A stretch of 64,000 bases of DNA, taken from the NCBI RefSeq assembly GCF_009914755.1, contig NC_060933.1. One strand, written 5' to 3'. Source of the DNA: the human T2T-CHM13v2.0 reference genome, Homo sapiens. The notes under the pieces are model-generated. The model saw only the letters and a program-made list of their open reading frames with translations, was not told where the DNA came from and ran no database searches. The position numbers and the translations under genes were made by a program. This document shows, in pieces, positions 1 through 12,958 of the stretch; position 1 is the stretch's first letter, and each line of letters begins with the position of its first letter.

Positions 1-429
1 ATCTATATGTCTTCCTTTTTGCTAATTCCACATTGTTTTAATTGCTGTGCCTTTATAGGATGCCTTGGAATTCATATTTTTAAGGTGCTGTAAGTCCTTT
101 AACTTTGCTCTTTTTTTGGAACTGTATTTGCTATTTGGGTCCATTGAATTTCTATACAAGTTTTAGAATCAGATTGTCATTTTCTTGTAAGATATTAAGT
201 TTACTGATACAGAGAGGCTTTATAACATTCCATTATTATATTTTTAATGCTTGTTGGATCTGTTGTGATAATTCCTCTTTCAGTCCTCATACTGGTAATT
301 CATATTTTCTCTTTTCTCTAGTTAGGAGTTTATTAATTTTGTTGTTCATTTCAAAAAACATAAGCTTTGGCTTTGCTAACTTATTCTATTTTTTGTAATA
401 TTTATTTCTGTTATTTTTATTATTTCCTT

Positions 430-554
430 TTTTTTAGTTTTTTAAAATTTTACTTTAAGTTCTGGGATACATGTGCAGAACATGCAGGTTTGTTACATAG
501 GTATACATTTACCGTGGTGGTTTGCTGTACTTATCAATCTGTCACATTTTAGGT
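430..554 (-). mobile_element. Short L1PA 3' end fragment inside older L1 debris
   Basis: Poly-T followed by ttttactttaagttctgggatacatgtgcagaacatgcaggtttgttacataggtatac, the reverse complement of an L1PA 3' UTR terminus. Confidence 0.75.
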
Positions 555-602
555 TAGTTTAGCCCTTCTTTTTCTAGTTGTTAAGGGTTTAGCCTATTAG
601 AT

Positions 603-800
603 CAGGAATCAGCAAAATGTGACCCACAGGTCAAATGTAGTCCACTGTCCATATATAAAGTTTTATTGAAATGCTACTATGCCCGTTTATTAAAATATTG
701 TCTGTGGCTGCTTTCTTACTACAATGGTAGATTTAAGTAGTTGCAACAGTGACCACGAGGCTCACAATGCCCGAAATATTGACTGTGTAGTTTTTACAGG
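603..800 (+). mobile_element. MER58A-like hAT-Charlie DNA transposon
   Basis: cagg..tcagcaaa start, ataaagttttattg, tattgtctgtggctgcttt, agtagttgcaacag and aaatattgact match the recalled MER58A consensus. Confidence 0.7.
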
Positions 801-829
801 TATTGAATATTTTTTAGAACTTTATAAAG

Positions 830-1452
830 TCTCTGCTATTGGCTTATTAGGTATTTCTCTTTTTTACTTTTAGGGGCTGCTGTAGTGTTTATAATATACC
901 TATTTCACCTATCACAGTCTATTTTAAAATAATATTATTTGACTTTATGTATAATACAAAAATCTTACAACAGTATACTTCCATTTCTTTTCTTTCATTC
1001 TCTTTGTGTTGTTGTCATAGATTTCAATTTTACCTGTATTCTAAACTCCATACTATATTGTTATCATTTCAACTTTTAATAGAAAATTAGATTTTAAAGA
1101 AATTTTAAAAATAAGAAAACAATTGTCTTTCATCATTGCCATATATATATATATATATATATATACCATTTTGATGCACACTTCCTTTATATAGACCCGT
1201 GTTTCCATCTAATGTGATTTTCCTTCTGCTTGAGGAACTCCCTTTAACATTTCTTGTGATACTTGTCTTTATTTTCGAAAGGTGTTCAGTATAGATGTCT
1301 GTGTTGACAGTTTCTTTTAGCACTTTAAATATGTTGTTCCCTTCTCTTCTGGTTTGCATTATTTCTGACAAGAAATACGTGTTCATTTTACCTTTGTTTG
1401 TCTCTATGTAATGTGTCTTTTTTCCCCCTCAGGTTTTGTAAAGGTTTTCTTT
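830..1452 (-). mobile_element. Ancient L1M remnant (ORF1/inter-ORF part); host of the nested insertions, resuming at about 4122-4204 and 9330-10078
   Basis: ORF 1105..1386(-) LSEIMQTRREGNNIFKVLKE resembles L1 ORF1p LSAETLQARREWGPIFNILKE. Includes (AT)n at 1141-1165. Confidence 0.65.
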
Positions 1453-4109
1453 ACAAATTTTAATTTTTAATTTTTAATGTTTGTGGAAACTTAATAGGGT
1501 ATGTGTATATATTTATGGGGTACATGAGATATTTTTATACAGACATTCAATGTGTGATAACCACATCATGGTAAATGGGGTATCCCCTGCAACCGTTTAT
1601 CCTTTGTGTTGCGAACAATCCAATTATACTCTTTCAGTTATTTTTAAATGTATAATTAAATTGTTATTGACTGTAGCCACCTGTTGTGCCGTCAAATACT
1701 AGGACTTATTCAATCTTTCTCTCTTTTTTTTTTGCACCCATTAACCATCCCGACCTTCCCACACATTCCCCACTACTCTTCTCTGCCTCTGGTAACCATC
1801 CTTCTACTGTCTATCTCCATGAGTTCAATTGTTTGGATTTTTAGCCCCTCCAAATAAGTAAGAACATGCAATGTTTGCCTTTCTGTACCTGGCTTATTTC
1901 ACTTAACATAATGACCTCCAGTTCCATCTATGTTGTTGCAAATGACAAGATCTCATTCTCTCTTATGGCTGCGTAATACTCTATTGTGTATAAGTACCAC
2001 ATTTTCTTTATCTGTTGATGGCCACTTAGGTTGCTTCCAAATCTTGGCTATTGTGAACAGAGCTATGACAAATGTGGGAGTGCAGATATCTCTTCAATAT
2101 ACCAATTTCCCTTCTTTTGGGTATATACCCAGCAGTGGGATTGCTGGATCATATGGTAGCTCTGTTTTTAGTTTTTTGAGGAGCCTCCAAACTGTTCTCC
2201 ATAGTGGTTGTACTAATTTACATTCCCACCAACAGCATACAAAGGTTCTTTTTTCTCCCTTGTGCATCCATTTGTTACTCCCTGTCTTTAGGATAAAAGC
2301 CATTTTAACTGGAGTAAGATGATACCTCATTGTAATTTTGATATGCATTTCTCTGATGATCAATGATGTTGAGCACCTTTTCAAATTTGTTTGCTATTTG
2401 TATGTCTTCTTTTAAAAAATGTCAATTTAATCTTTTGCCCATTTTAAAATCAGATTATTAGATTTTTTTCCTATAGAGTTGTTTGAGCTCCTCGTATATT
2501 CTAGTTATTAATCCCTTGTCAGATGGACAGTTTGCAAATATTTTTTCCCATTCAGTGGGTTGTGTCTTCACTTTGTTGATTGTTTCTTTTGCTGTGCAGA
2601 AGCTTTTTAACTTGATGTGGTCCCATTTGTCTATTTTTTCTTTGGTTATCTGTGCTTGTGCGATATTTCTTAAGAATTTTTTGCCCAAACCAATTTCCTA
2701 GAGAGTTTCCCCAGTGTTTTCTTGTAGTAGTTTTATAGTTTGAGCTGTTAGATTTAAGTCTTTAATCCATTGTGGTTTTATGTTTGTGTATGACAAGAGA
2801 TAAGGGTCTAGTTTCATTCTTCTGCATATGGATGTTCAATTTTCCCTACACTATTTATTGAAGAAACTATCTTTTCCCAAGTTTATGTTCTTAGCACCTT
2901 TGTCAAAAATGAATTCACTGTAGGTGTGTGGATTTGTTTCTGGGCTCTCTATTCATTCCATTGGTCTGTGTCTGTTTTTATGCCAGTACCATGCTGTTTT
3001 GGTTGCTGTAAATTCTGTAGTATAATTTGAAGACAGGTAATAGGATTCCTCCAGTTTTGTTCTTTTTGCTCAGGATAGATTTGGCTATTCTGGGTCTTTT
3101 GTGGTTCCATGTAAATTTTAGGATTTTTTTTTTCTATTTGTATGAAGAATGTTATTGGTATTTTTATAGGGATTGCATTGAATTTGTAGATTCCTTTCGG
3201 TAGTATGGACATTTTAACAATATTGATTCTTTCAATCCATGAACATGGAATATCTTTCCATTATTTTTGCACTCTTTTCCATTCTTTCAATCATTGTTTT
3301 ATAGTTTTCATTGTAGAGATCATTAACTTATTTGGTTAAGTTAATTCCTAGGCATTTTATTTTATTTATGGCTATGGTAAATGGGATTACTTTTTTTATT
3401 GTTTTATTTCAGATTGTTTACTTTAGGCATATGGAAATACTACTGAATTTTGAATGCTGATTTTGTATCCTGCAGCTTTAGTGAATTTGTTTATCAGTTC
3501 TAATAGTTTTTTGGTGGAGTTTTTAGGTTTTTCCAAATATAAGATCATATCATCTGCAAACAAAGATAATTTGACTTCTTCCTTTCTAATTTGGAGGCCC
3601 TTTATTTCTTTCTCTTGTTTGATTGCTCGAGCTAGGACTTCCAGTACTACGTCATGTAACAGTGGTGAAAGTAGGCATCCTTGCCATATTCAGATCTTAG
3701 AGGAAAGGGTTTCATTTTCTTTCCCTATTCAGTATGATACTAGCTGTGGGTCTGTCATATATGGCTTTTATTATGTTGATGTATGTTCCTTATATCCCCA
3801 TTTTTTTGAGGCTTTTTTAAAATCATGAAGGGATGTTGAATTTTATCAAATGCTTCTTTCAGCATCAATTGAAATGATTATATGGTTTTTGTCCTTAATT
3901 CTGTTTATATGATGTATCACATTTATTGGCATATGTTGAACCATCCTTGCATCCCTGGGATAAATCCCACTTGGTCATGTTGAATGATCTTTTTAATGGA
4001 TTATTGAATTTGGTTTGCTAATATTCTGTTGGGGATTTTTGCCTCAATATTCATAATAAATATTGGCCTGTAGTTTTCTTTTTTTGATTTGTCTTTGTCT
4101 GATTTTGAT
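1453..4109 (-). mobile_element. 5'-truncated L1MA1-3-like LINE-1 (3' UTR plus C-terminal ORF2)
   Basis: 3' end ggggtacatgagatattttt...catcatggtaaatggggtatccc. ORF2 fragments at 2094..2384, 2458..2688 and 2949..3212(-). Probable TSD aaggttttcttt (1441-1452) / aaggtttccttt (4110-4121). Confidence 0.85.
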
Positions 4110-4204
4110 AAGGTTTCCTTTTTATTATTGGTTTCCGGAAGTTTGATTATGACAAATGTTGGTGTGGTTTCTTTGTGTTTTTCCTACTGAGGGTTTATTG
4201 AGCT

Positions 4205-7200
4205 TTATTTATTTATTTATTTTTAAATTTATTTGTAAAATTTAATTAATTATTTTCAACTTTTAAGTTTAGGGGTACATGTGCAGGATGTGCAGATTTG
4301 TTACCTACGTAAATGTGTGCCATTGTGGTTTGCTGTACAGATCATTCTATCACCCAGGTATTAAGCCCTGCATCCATTAGCTATCCTTCCTGATCCTCTC
4401 CCTCCTCCCAGCCTGCATCCTCTGATAGACCACAGTGTGTATTGTTCCCCACTGTGTGTCCATGTGTTCTCATTTAGCTCCCACTTATAAGTGAGAACAT
4501 GTGGTATTTGGTTTTCTGTTCCTGTATTAGTTTGCTAAGGATAATGGTCTCCAGCTCCATCTATGTCCCTGCAAAGGATATGATCCCATTCCTTTTTATG
4601 GCTGCATGGTATTCCATGTTGTATATGTTTGACATTTTCTTTATCCAGTCTATCACTGATGGGCATTTGGGTTGATTCCATGTCTTTGCTATCGTAAATA
4701 GTGCTGCAATGAACATATGCATGCATGTGCCTTTATAATAGAACAATTTATATTCCTTTGGGTATGTACCCAGTAATGAGACTGCTGAGTTAAATGGTAT
4801 TTCTGGTTCTTGGTCTTTGAGGAATCACCACACTGTCTTCTACATGGTCAAACTAATTTACACTCCCAGCAACAGTATAAAAATGTTCCTTTTTCTCAAC
4901 AACCTTGCCAGCATCTGTTGTTTTTTGAGTTTTTAGTAATAGCCACTCTGACTGGTATGAGATGGTATCTCATTGTTGTTTTGATTTGCATTTCTCTAAT
5001 GATCAGTGATGTTGAGCTTATTTTCATATGTTTGTTTGCCACATGAATGTTTTCTTTTGAGAAGTGTCTGTTCATGTCCTTTGACCACTTTTTAACAGGG
5101 TTGGTTGGTTGGTTGTTTGTTTTGTAAATTTAAGTTCCTTATAAATGCTGGATATTAGACCTTTGTCAGATGCATAGAATTGCAAAAATTTCTCCCATTC
5201 TTAGGTTGTCTGTTTACTCCATTGATAGTTTCTTTTGCTGTGCAGAAGCTCTTTAGTTTAGTTAGATCCCATTTGTTAATTTTGCTTTTGTTGCAATTGC
5301 TTTTGGTGTTTTTGTCATGAAATCTTTGCCCATGCCTATGTCCTGAATGGTATTGCCTAGTTTTTTTTCTAGGGTTTTTTTTTGTAGTTTTGTGTTTTAT
5401 ATTGAAGTCTTTAATCCATCTTGAGTTGATTTTTGTATATGGTATAAGGAAGAGGTCCAGTTTCAATTTTCTGCATATGGCTACCCAGTTCTCCCAGCAC
5501 CATTTATTAAATAGGGAATCCTTTCCCCATTGCTTGTTTTTGTCAGGTTTGTCAAAGATCAGATGGTTGTAGATGTATGATTTTATTTCTGGGTTCTTTA
5601 TTCTGTTCCATTGGTCTATGTGTCTGTTCTTGTACCAGTACCATGCTGTTTTGATTACAGTAGCCCTGTAGTATAGTTTGAAGTCAGGTAGCATGATACC
5701 TCCAGTTTTCTTTTTTATTGTTGTTTAGGACTGCCTAGGCTATTTGGGCTTTTTTTTTGGTTCTGTATGAATTTTAAAATATTTTTTTCTTTTTCTGTGA
5801 AGAATGTCAACGATAGTTTAATGGGAATAGCATCGAATCTATAAATCACTTTGGGCAGTATGGCTATTACACAATATTGATTTTTCCTATCTGTGAGCAT
5901 GGAATGTCTTTCCATTTGTTTATAGTTCTCCTTGAATTGGTCCTTCACTTCCCTTGTTAGCTGTATTCCTAGGAATTTTATTCTTTTTGTGGCAATTGTG
6001 AATGGGAGTTCATTCATGATTTGGCTCTCTACTTGCCTGTTGGTGTATGGGAATGCTAGTGATTTTTGCACATTGATTTTGTATCCTGAGACTTTGCTGA
6101 AGTTGCTTATCAGCTTGAGAAGCTTTTGGGCTGTGATGATGGGGTTTTCTAGGTATAGAATTATGTCATCTGCAAACAAAGATAGTTTGACTTCCTCTCT
6201 TTCTATTTCCATACTTATTTATTTCTTTGTCTTGCCTGATTGCCCTGGCCAGACTTTCAATACTATGTTGAATAGGAGTGGTGAGAGAAGGCAACCTTGT
6301 CTTCTGTTGGTTTTCAAGAGGGAATGCTTCCAGCTTTTGCTCATACTGTATGATATTGGCTGTGTTTTTATCATATATGGTTCTCATTATTTGAGGTATG
6401 TTCCTTCAATACCTAGTTTATTGATCTTTAACATGAAGAGATGTTGAATTTTATCGAAGGCCTTTTTTTTTTTGCATCTATTGAGATGATCGTATGGTTT
6501 TTGTTTTGGGTTCTGCTTATGTGATGAATCAGATTTATTGATTTGAGTACAGTGAACCCCAACCTTGCATCCTGGGGATGAAGCCTACATGTTTGTGGTG
6601 GATAAGCTTTTTGATGTGCTGCTGGATTCAGTTTGCCAGTGTTTTGTGGAGGATTTTTGCATTGATGTTCATTAAGAATATTAGCCTGGAGTTGTCTTGT
6701 TTTGTTTATCTCTGTCAGTTATTGGTATCAGGATAATGCTGGCCTCATAGAATGAGTTTGGTTGGTAAGCTGTTTATTACTGGGAGGAATCTCTCCTCCT
6801 CAATTTTTGGAATAGTTTCAGTGGGAATGGTACTGGCTCTTCTTTGTACCCCTGGTAGAATTCAGCTGTGAATATGTCTGGTCTTGGGCTTTTTTTGGTT
6901 GGTAGGCTATTTATTACTGCCTCAATTTCAGAACTCATTATAGGTCTATTCAGGGATTCAATTTCTTCCTGTTTCAGTCTTGGGAGGGTATATGTGTCAA
7001 GGAATTTATCCATTTCTTCTAGATTTTCTAGTTTATGTACAGAGAGGAGTTTCTAATAGTCTGTGATGGTTGTTTGTATTTCTGTGGGGTCAGTGGTAAT
7101 ATCCTCCTTATTTCTGATTGTGTTTATTTGAATCTTCTCTCTTCTTTATTAGTCTACCTAGTAGTCTGTTTTATTAAGTTTTTCAAAAAGCCAACTCCTG

Positions 7201-9330
7201 GATTTGTTGATCTTTTGAATGGTTTTTCCTGTCTCTATCTCCTTCAGTTAAACTCTGATCTTGGTTATTTCTTGTCTTTTGCTAGCTTTGGGGTTTGTTT
7301 ACTCTTGGTTCTCAAGTCCTTTTAGTTGTGATGTTAGGTTGTTGACTCGAGACCTTTGTAGCTTTTTAATGTGGGCATTTAGTGCCATAAACTTCCCTCT
7401 TAACACTGCTTTAGCTGCATCCCAGAGATTTTGGTACATTTTATCTTTGTTCTCATTAGTTTCAAAGAACTTCTTGATTTCTGCCTTAATTTCATTATTT
7501 ACCCAAAAATCATTCAGGAGCAGGTTGTTCAATTTCCATGTAATTGTGTGTTTTCCAGTGAATTTTTTTAGCACTGAGTTCTAATTTGATAACACTAGTC
7601 TGAGAGACTGTTTGTTATGATTTCAGTTCTTTTGCATTTGCATTTGCTGAGCAGTGTTTTACTTTTGATTATGTGATTGATTTTAAGTAAGTGCTGTGTG
7701 GAGATGAGAAGACTGTATATTCTGTTGTTTTTGGGTGAAGAGTTCTGTGGGCATGTGTCAGGTCCACTTGATCCTGAGCTAAGTTCAGGTCCTGAATATC
7801 CTTGTTAATTTTCTGTCTGATAATCTGTCTAATATTGTCAACGGGGTATTAAAGTCTCCCAGTATTATTGTGTATTATTGTCTGGGAGACTAAGTCTCTT
7901 TGAAGGTCTCTAAGAATGTGCTTTATGAATCTAGATGCTCCTTTATTGTGTGTATATATATTTAGTATAGTTAGCTCTTCTTGTTGAATGTCTTTCTTTG
8001 TCTTTTTTGATCTTTGTTAGTCTAAAGTCTGTTTTGTCAGAAACTAGTATTGCAACCCCTGCTTTGTTCTGTTTTGCATTTGCTTGGTAAACGTTTCTCC
8101 ATCCTTTTATTTTGAGCCTACCTGTGTCTTTGCATGTGAGATGAGTCTCTTGAAGACAGCATACCGATGGGTCTTGGTTCTTTATCTAGCTTGCCACTCT
8201 GTGTCTTTCAATTGGGGCATTTAGCCCATTTACACTTAAGGTTAGTATTGTTATGTGTAGATGTGGTCCTGTCATAATGATGCTAGATGGTTATTTTTCG
8301 GACTCGTTTATGTGGTTGCTTCATAGTGGCATTGGTCTGTGTACTTCAGTGTGTTTTTGTAGTTGCTGGTAATGGTTTTTCTTTTCCATATTTAGTGCTT
8401 TCTTCAGGAGCTCTTGTAACACAGGTCTGGTGGTAATGAATTCCCTTAGCATTTGCTTGTCTGAAAAGAATCTTATTTCTCCTTCGCTTATGAAGCATAG
8501 TTTGGCTGGATATGAAATCCTTGGTTCAAGATGTTTTTCTTTAAGAATGTTGAATATAGGCCTCCAATCTGTTCTCGCTTGTACAGTTTCTGTTGAGGAG
8601 TTCACACTGTTAGACTGATGAGGTGGCCTGCCCTTTTTCTCTAGCTAACTTTAACATTCTTTTTTTTCATTTCAATCTTGGAAAATCTGATGATTATGTG
8701 TCTTGGGATGCTCTTGTGTAGAATCTTGCAGGGGTTCTCTGTATTTCTTGAATTTGACTCTTGGCCTCTATATAGCAAGTTTGGGGACATTTTCATTGAC
8801 AATATCTTGAAATATGTTTCCTGACTTGTTTGCTTTCTCTCCATCCCTTTGAGGGATTCCAGTAATTTGTAGATTTTGCTTCTTTACGTAATCCCATGTT
8901 TCTCAGAGGCTTTATTTGTTTTTCTCATTCATTTTTCTTTGTTTTCATCTGTCTTATTTCAGAGAGCCAGTCTTCAAGTTCCAAGATTCTCTTCTCAGCT
9001 TGGTTTACTCTGCTGTTAATATTGTCATTGCATTGTGAAATTCTTGTAGTGTGTTTTTCCCCTCTGTCAGATCACATAGTTCTTCTTTGTGGCTATTTCA
9101 TTTGTCAGCTCCTGTATGGTTTTATCGCAGTTCTTAGTTTCCTTGGATTGCTTATGCCATTTTCTTCAATCTCAATGATCTTTGTTCCTATCCATATTCT
9201 GAATTCTATTTCTGTCATTTTAGCCAACTCAGTCTGGTTAGGAACCCTTGTTGTAGAACTAGTGTAGTCATTTGGAGGATGTAAGACACTCTGGCCATTT
9301 GATTTCCCAGAGTTCTTGCATTGGCTCTTG
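4205..9330 (-). mobile_element. Near full-length older L1PA (about L1PA8-13), ORF1 to poly(A), disrupted
   Basis: Poly-T/ATTT tail at about 4205-4260 and L1PA 3' UTR. ORF2 fragments include [13 protein letters not shown] (5715..6212-). ORF1 fragment at 8321..8605(-). Many stops and frameshifts. Confidence 0.9.
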
Positions 9331-10078
9331 CCATGACTTGTAATTTTTTATTGATTGCTGGGCATTGTGTTGCTTCTTTTATAGAGTATTGGACTTTATT
9401 CAGATAAGCAGTTATTTGTTGTTTAATTTTATCCTTTTGAGGCTTGTAAGGACGGGGATAGAATAACCTTTACTCAGGGATGGTTAAGCCTTACTACTGA
9501 GGTATGGTCCTTCTGGGATCTCTAGCGAATGACACATATAATAAATGTAGACTCACCACATGTCTTGAGGGGACTTGAGTGATTCTCAGTCTTGGTGATC
9601 TCTCTGGAAATTGCTTACTGCTTTGCTCTTCAGTTGCTCAATTGCCTTACCTTATGGATTTTTTTTACTCTGCACATTCACATCTTATTGTTCAAGCAAA
9701 GACACAGGACACTTTAAGCTGGAATTCTAGATTTATTTTTTAGGGTAATTTCTTCCTCTCCAGAACTCTGTACTATACCTTTTAGCTATCTCAGGCACCT
9801 AGGTATCTGATCTCTGTCTTCTCACCGGAGCAAGATTGCCGTTTCTGCTTGGAATCTTCCTTCTTGCTCCATGGTCCAAAATATGCCTCCAGGAAGAAAG
9901 CCAGATGATTTTATGGCTCCTCTCATTTCTTTCTCTTATTAGGTTTTTTTGCCCTATGCTACTGGTTGTTCAGTATCTGAAAACAGTTGTTTTACATATT
10001 TTGTCCAGTTTTATCATTGTTTAAGGTGGAAGGGTTAATCTGGTTCCTGTTATTTCATCATGTCCAGAAGTGAAAGTA
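9330..10078 (-). mobile_element. Ancient L1M 5' region (continuation of the host element)
   Basis: Degenerate antisense L1M 5' UTR-like text ending tcctgttatttcatcatgtccagaagtgaaagt. Confidence 0.45.
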
Positions 10079-10794
10079 TCCTCCACTTAAAAAGAAATCC
10101 ATTTCTCTTTGATGCCACTTTTTCCTTTGTGAAGCTGGCAAACTCATATACTCTGAGTGAGGGGGCATTTGGAGGGAAAAGGCAGCTGGAGAGTAGAGAA
10201 GATTTGAAATAGTCACTTTAGAGAGAAGGAGAGCAAGTCAACAGTAGAAATATAACTGGAATGCTAGATAGAAATACAAATGGAGGGATGTTTTGAGAAT
10301 TTACGGTAATACTAATTTGCCTAAGGCATTTGAATGCTTAGATGTATGCCTTCAAACATGAGTTTGCATTGTTTTTCAAGGATTGGGATTTGTTAGATAT
10401 ATTAGACAAGAAGACAGAGGGGCAAGGGATGATAGAGTCCAAACAAGAGTACTTTTGAATGAATCAATCATTGGATGTAAGCTGGATTAAAAGAGAAGTG
10501 AAGAAGGGAGAGTGCTAGTAGACTGGGTGATCAGTGAATGGTCATATAATTTATTGTTGAACAATAAATCTGAAAGAATCATTGCTTGCTTTCAGAGAGC
10601 AGGGTGCTTGATTTCAGAGAGCAGGGTGCCTCAGTGATTTTGGAAGCAGAGTAAGGTTAGGATATCACAGGCGTGAAGTTGGAGTATGGAATGGAATTGA
10701 GCAGGTGAGATGAAGAGGTCAGGGAAATGGAGAGGTCAGATTTTTTGATGGGCTGTCTGTGTTGTCTTTCAAGTCACCCAGAATGATAGGATGT

Positions 10795-11167
10795 TGCCTT
10801 AGTCTATTTGGGCTGCTGTACCAAAATACAATAAACTGGATAGCTTATAAACAGCAGAAATTTTTCTCACATTGCTGGTTATTGAGAAGTCTAAGATCAA
10901 GGCACTAGTAGATTTGGTGTCTGGTGAGGGCTTGCTTCCTCATAGATGGCACCTTCTTGCTGTGTCTTCACATGGTGGAAAGCGGCAAGGCAGCTCAAGG
11001 GAGCTCTTTGGGCCTTATTTATATAAGGGCACTAATCCCGATTTTGAGTGCTCGTCCATGATGGTTTAGTCACCTCCCAAAAGCCCCACCTTTTATTGCC
11101 ATCACCTTGGGAGTTAGGATTTCAACATAAAAATTTTTTGGGAACATAAAACATTCAAATCATAGCA
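10795..11167 (-). mobile_element. MaLR solo LTR, MLT1A0-like
   Basis: cttagtctatttgggctgctg...aagatcaaggcac...tctggtgagggc...taagggcactaatccc...gatttcaacata...acattcaaatcatagca matches the recalled MLT1A0 reverse strand. Confidence 0.85.
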
Positions 11168-11380
11168 AGTGGGTATTGGAGTTAGATAATAATTGTGAGC
11201 CAGGCACATGTGGCTGAGAATTAGCATGAGTGTATTTGCAATGAATAGTATTTTCAATGTATGTAGTGGAGTCTAGTGTCTAGAGCAGCACTGTCCAATA
11301 TGGTAACCACTAGCCACGTGTGGCTATTGAAATTTAAATTAAAATGAAATGAGATAATAAATTCAATTCCTCAGTCTCAC

Positions 11381-12958
11381 TGTGTCTGAAATTGGTGGGT
11401 TCCTGGTCTCACTGACTTCAAGAATGAAGCTACAGACTCTCGTGGTGAGTGTTACAGTTCTTAAAGATGGTGTGTCTGGAGTTTATTCCTTCTGATGTTT
11501 GGACGTGTTTGGAGTTCTTTTCCTTCTGGTGGGTTCGTGGTCTCGCTGACTTCAGGAGTGGAGCTGCAGACTTTCGCGGTGTGTGTTACAGCTCTTAAGG
11601 CGGCACGTCTGGAGTTGTTCATTCTTCCTGTCCGGAGTTGTTCATTCCTCCTGGTGGCTTCATGGTCTCACTGGCCTCAGGAGTGAAGCTGCAGACCTTC
11701 GTGGTGAGTGTTACAGCTCATAAAGGCAGTGCGGACCCAAAGAGTGAGCAACAGCAAGATTTATTGCAAAGAGCGAAAGAACAAAGCTTCCACAATGTGG
11801 AAGAGGACCCGAACGGGTTGCCACTGCTGCCTGGGGCAGCCTGCTTTTATTCCCTTATCTGGACCCACCCACATCCTGCTGATTGGTTCATTTTACAGAG
11901 AGATGATTGGTCCATTTTACAGAGAGCTGTTTGGTCCGTTTTACAGAGAGCTGATTGGTCCGTTTTGACAGGGTGCCGATTGGTGCATTTACAAACCTTT
12001 AGCTAGACACAAAAGTTCTCCAAGTCCCCACTAGATGAGCTAGACACAGAGCACTGATTGGTGCATCCACTAACCCCGAGCTAGACACAGAGTGCTGATT
12101 GGTGCATTTACAATCCCTGAACTAGACACAGAGTGCTGATTGGTGCATTTACAATCCTCTAGCTAGACACAAAGTTCTCCAAGTCCCCACCAGATTAGCT
12201 AGATACAGAGTGCTGATTGGTGCATCCACCAACCCTGAGCTAGACACAGAGTGCTGATTGGTGCATATACAATCCTCTGGCTAGACATAAAAGTTCTCCA
12301 AGTCCCCACCCGACTCAGGAGCCCAGCTGGCTTTGCCTAGTGGATCCCATGCCAGGGCCACGGGCAGAGCTGCCTGCCAGTCCCACACTGTGTGCCTGCA
12401 CTCCTCAGCCCTTGGGAGGTAAATGGGACCGGGCGCTGTGGAGCAGGGGGTGGCGCCTGTCGGGGAGGCTAGGGCCACTTGGGGGCCCACCATGGGGTGG
12501 GGGGGTGGGGCTCGGGCATGGCGGGCTGCAGGTCCCGAGCCCTGTCCTGTGAGGAGGCGGCTGAGGCCCGGCGACAATTTGAGCACGGTGCGGGCGGGCC
12601 GGCAGTGCTGGGGAATCTGGTGCACCCTCCGCAGCTGCTGGCCTGGGTGCTAAGCCCCTCCCTGCCTGGGGCCGGCAGTGCCGGCTGGCTGCTCCGAGTG
12701 CGGGGCCTGCCGAGCCCACGCCCACCCGGAACTCGCGCTGCCCTGTGAGTGCTGCGCGCAGCCCTGGTTCCCGCCTGCGCCTCTCCCTTGACACCTCCCA
12801 CAAGGAGAGGGAGCTGGCTTCAGCATGGGCCGGCCCAGAGAGGGGCTCCCACAGTGCAGCGGCAGGCTGAAGGGTTCCTCAAGCATGGCCAGAGCAGACG
12901 CTGAGGCCGAGGAGGTGCTGAGAGCGAGCCAGGGCTGCTAGCACATTGTCATCTCTCA
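11381..12958 (-). mobile_element. Solo ERV9 LTR (LTR12 family, C/D/E-like), 1578 bp
   Basis: The minus strand begins TGAGAGATGACA and ends ...AATTTCAGACACA (TG...CA). GC/CpG-rich 5' U3, tandem gctagacacagagtgctgattggtgca repeats, and a 4-bp TSD with one mismatch (tcac 11377-11380 / acac 12959-12962). Confidence 0.95.
11820..12300 (-). promoter_or_regulatory. LTR12 U3 promoter/enhancer repeats: 9 CCAAT (NF-Y) boxes plus AATAAAAG TATA-like element, firing leftwards
   Basis: gattgg occurs nine times between 11881 and 12261, and gcctgcttttattcc lies at about 11838-11852. This architecture is established for ERV9 LTRs; activity at this copy is inferred. Confidence 0.6.

Noticed and set aside
11860-12300. 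Regularly spaced repeats of about 24-41 bp resembling a CRISPR array
   Set aside because: These are LTR12 U3 tandem repeats with no unique spacers and no cas genes, in primate DNA.
12281-12886. Cluster of overlapping GC-rich ORFs and a CpG-island-like stretch as a gene start
   Set aside because: It lies entirely inside LTR12; stop-poor frames are expected from the GC content.
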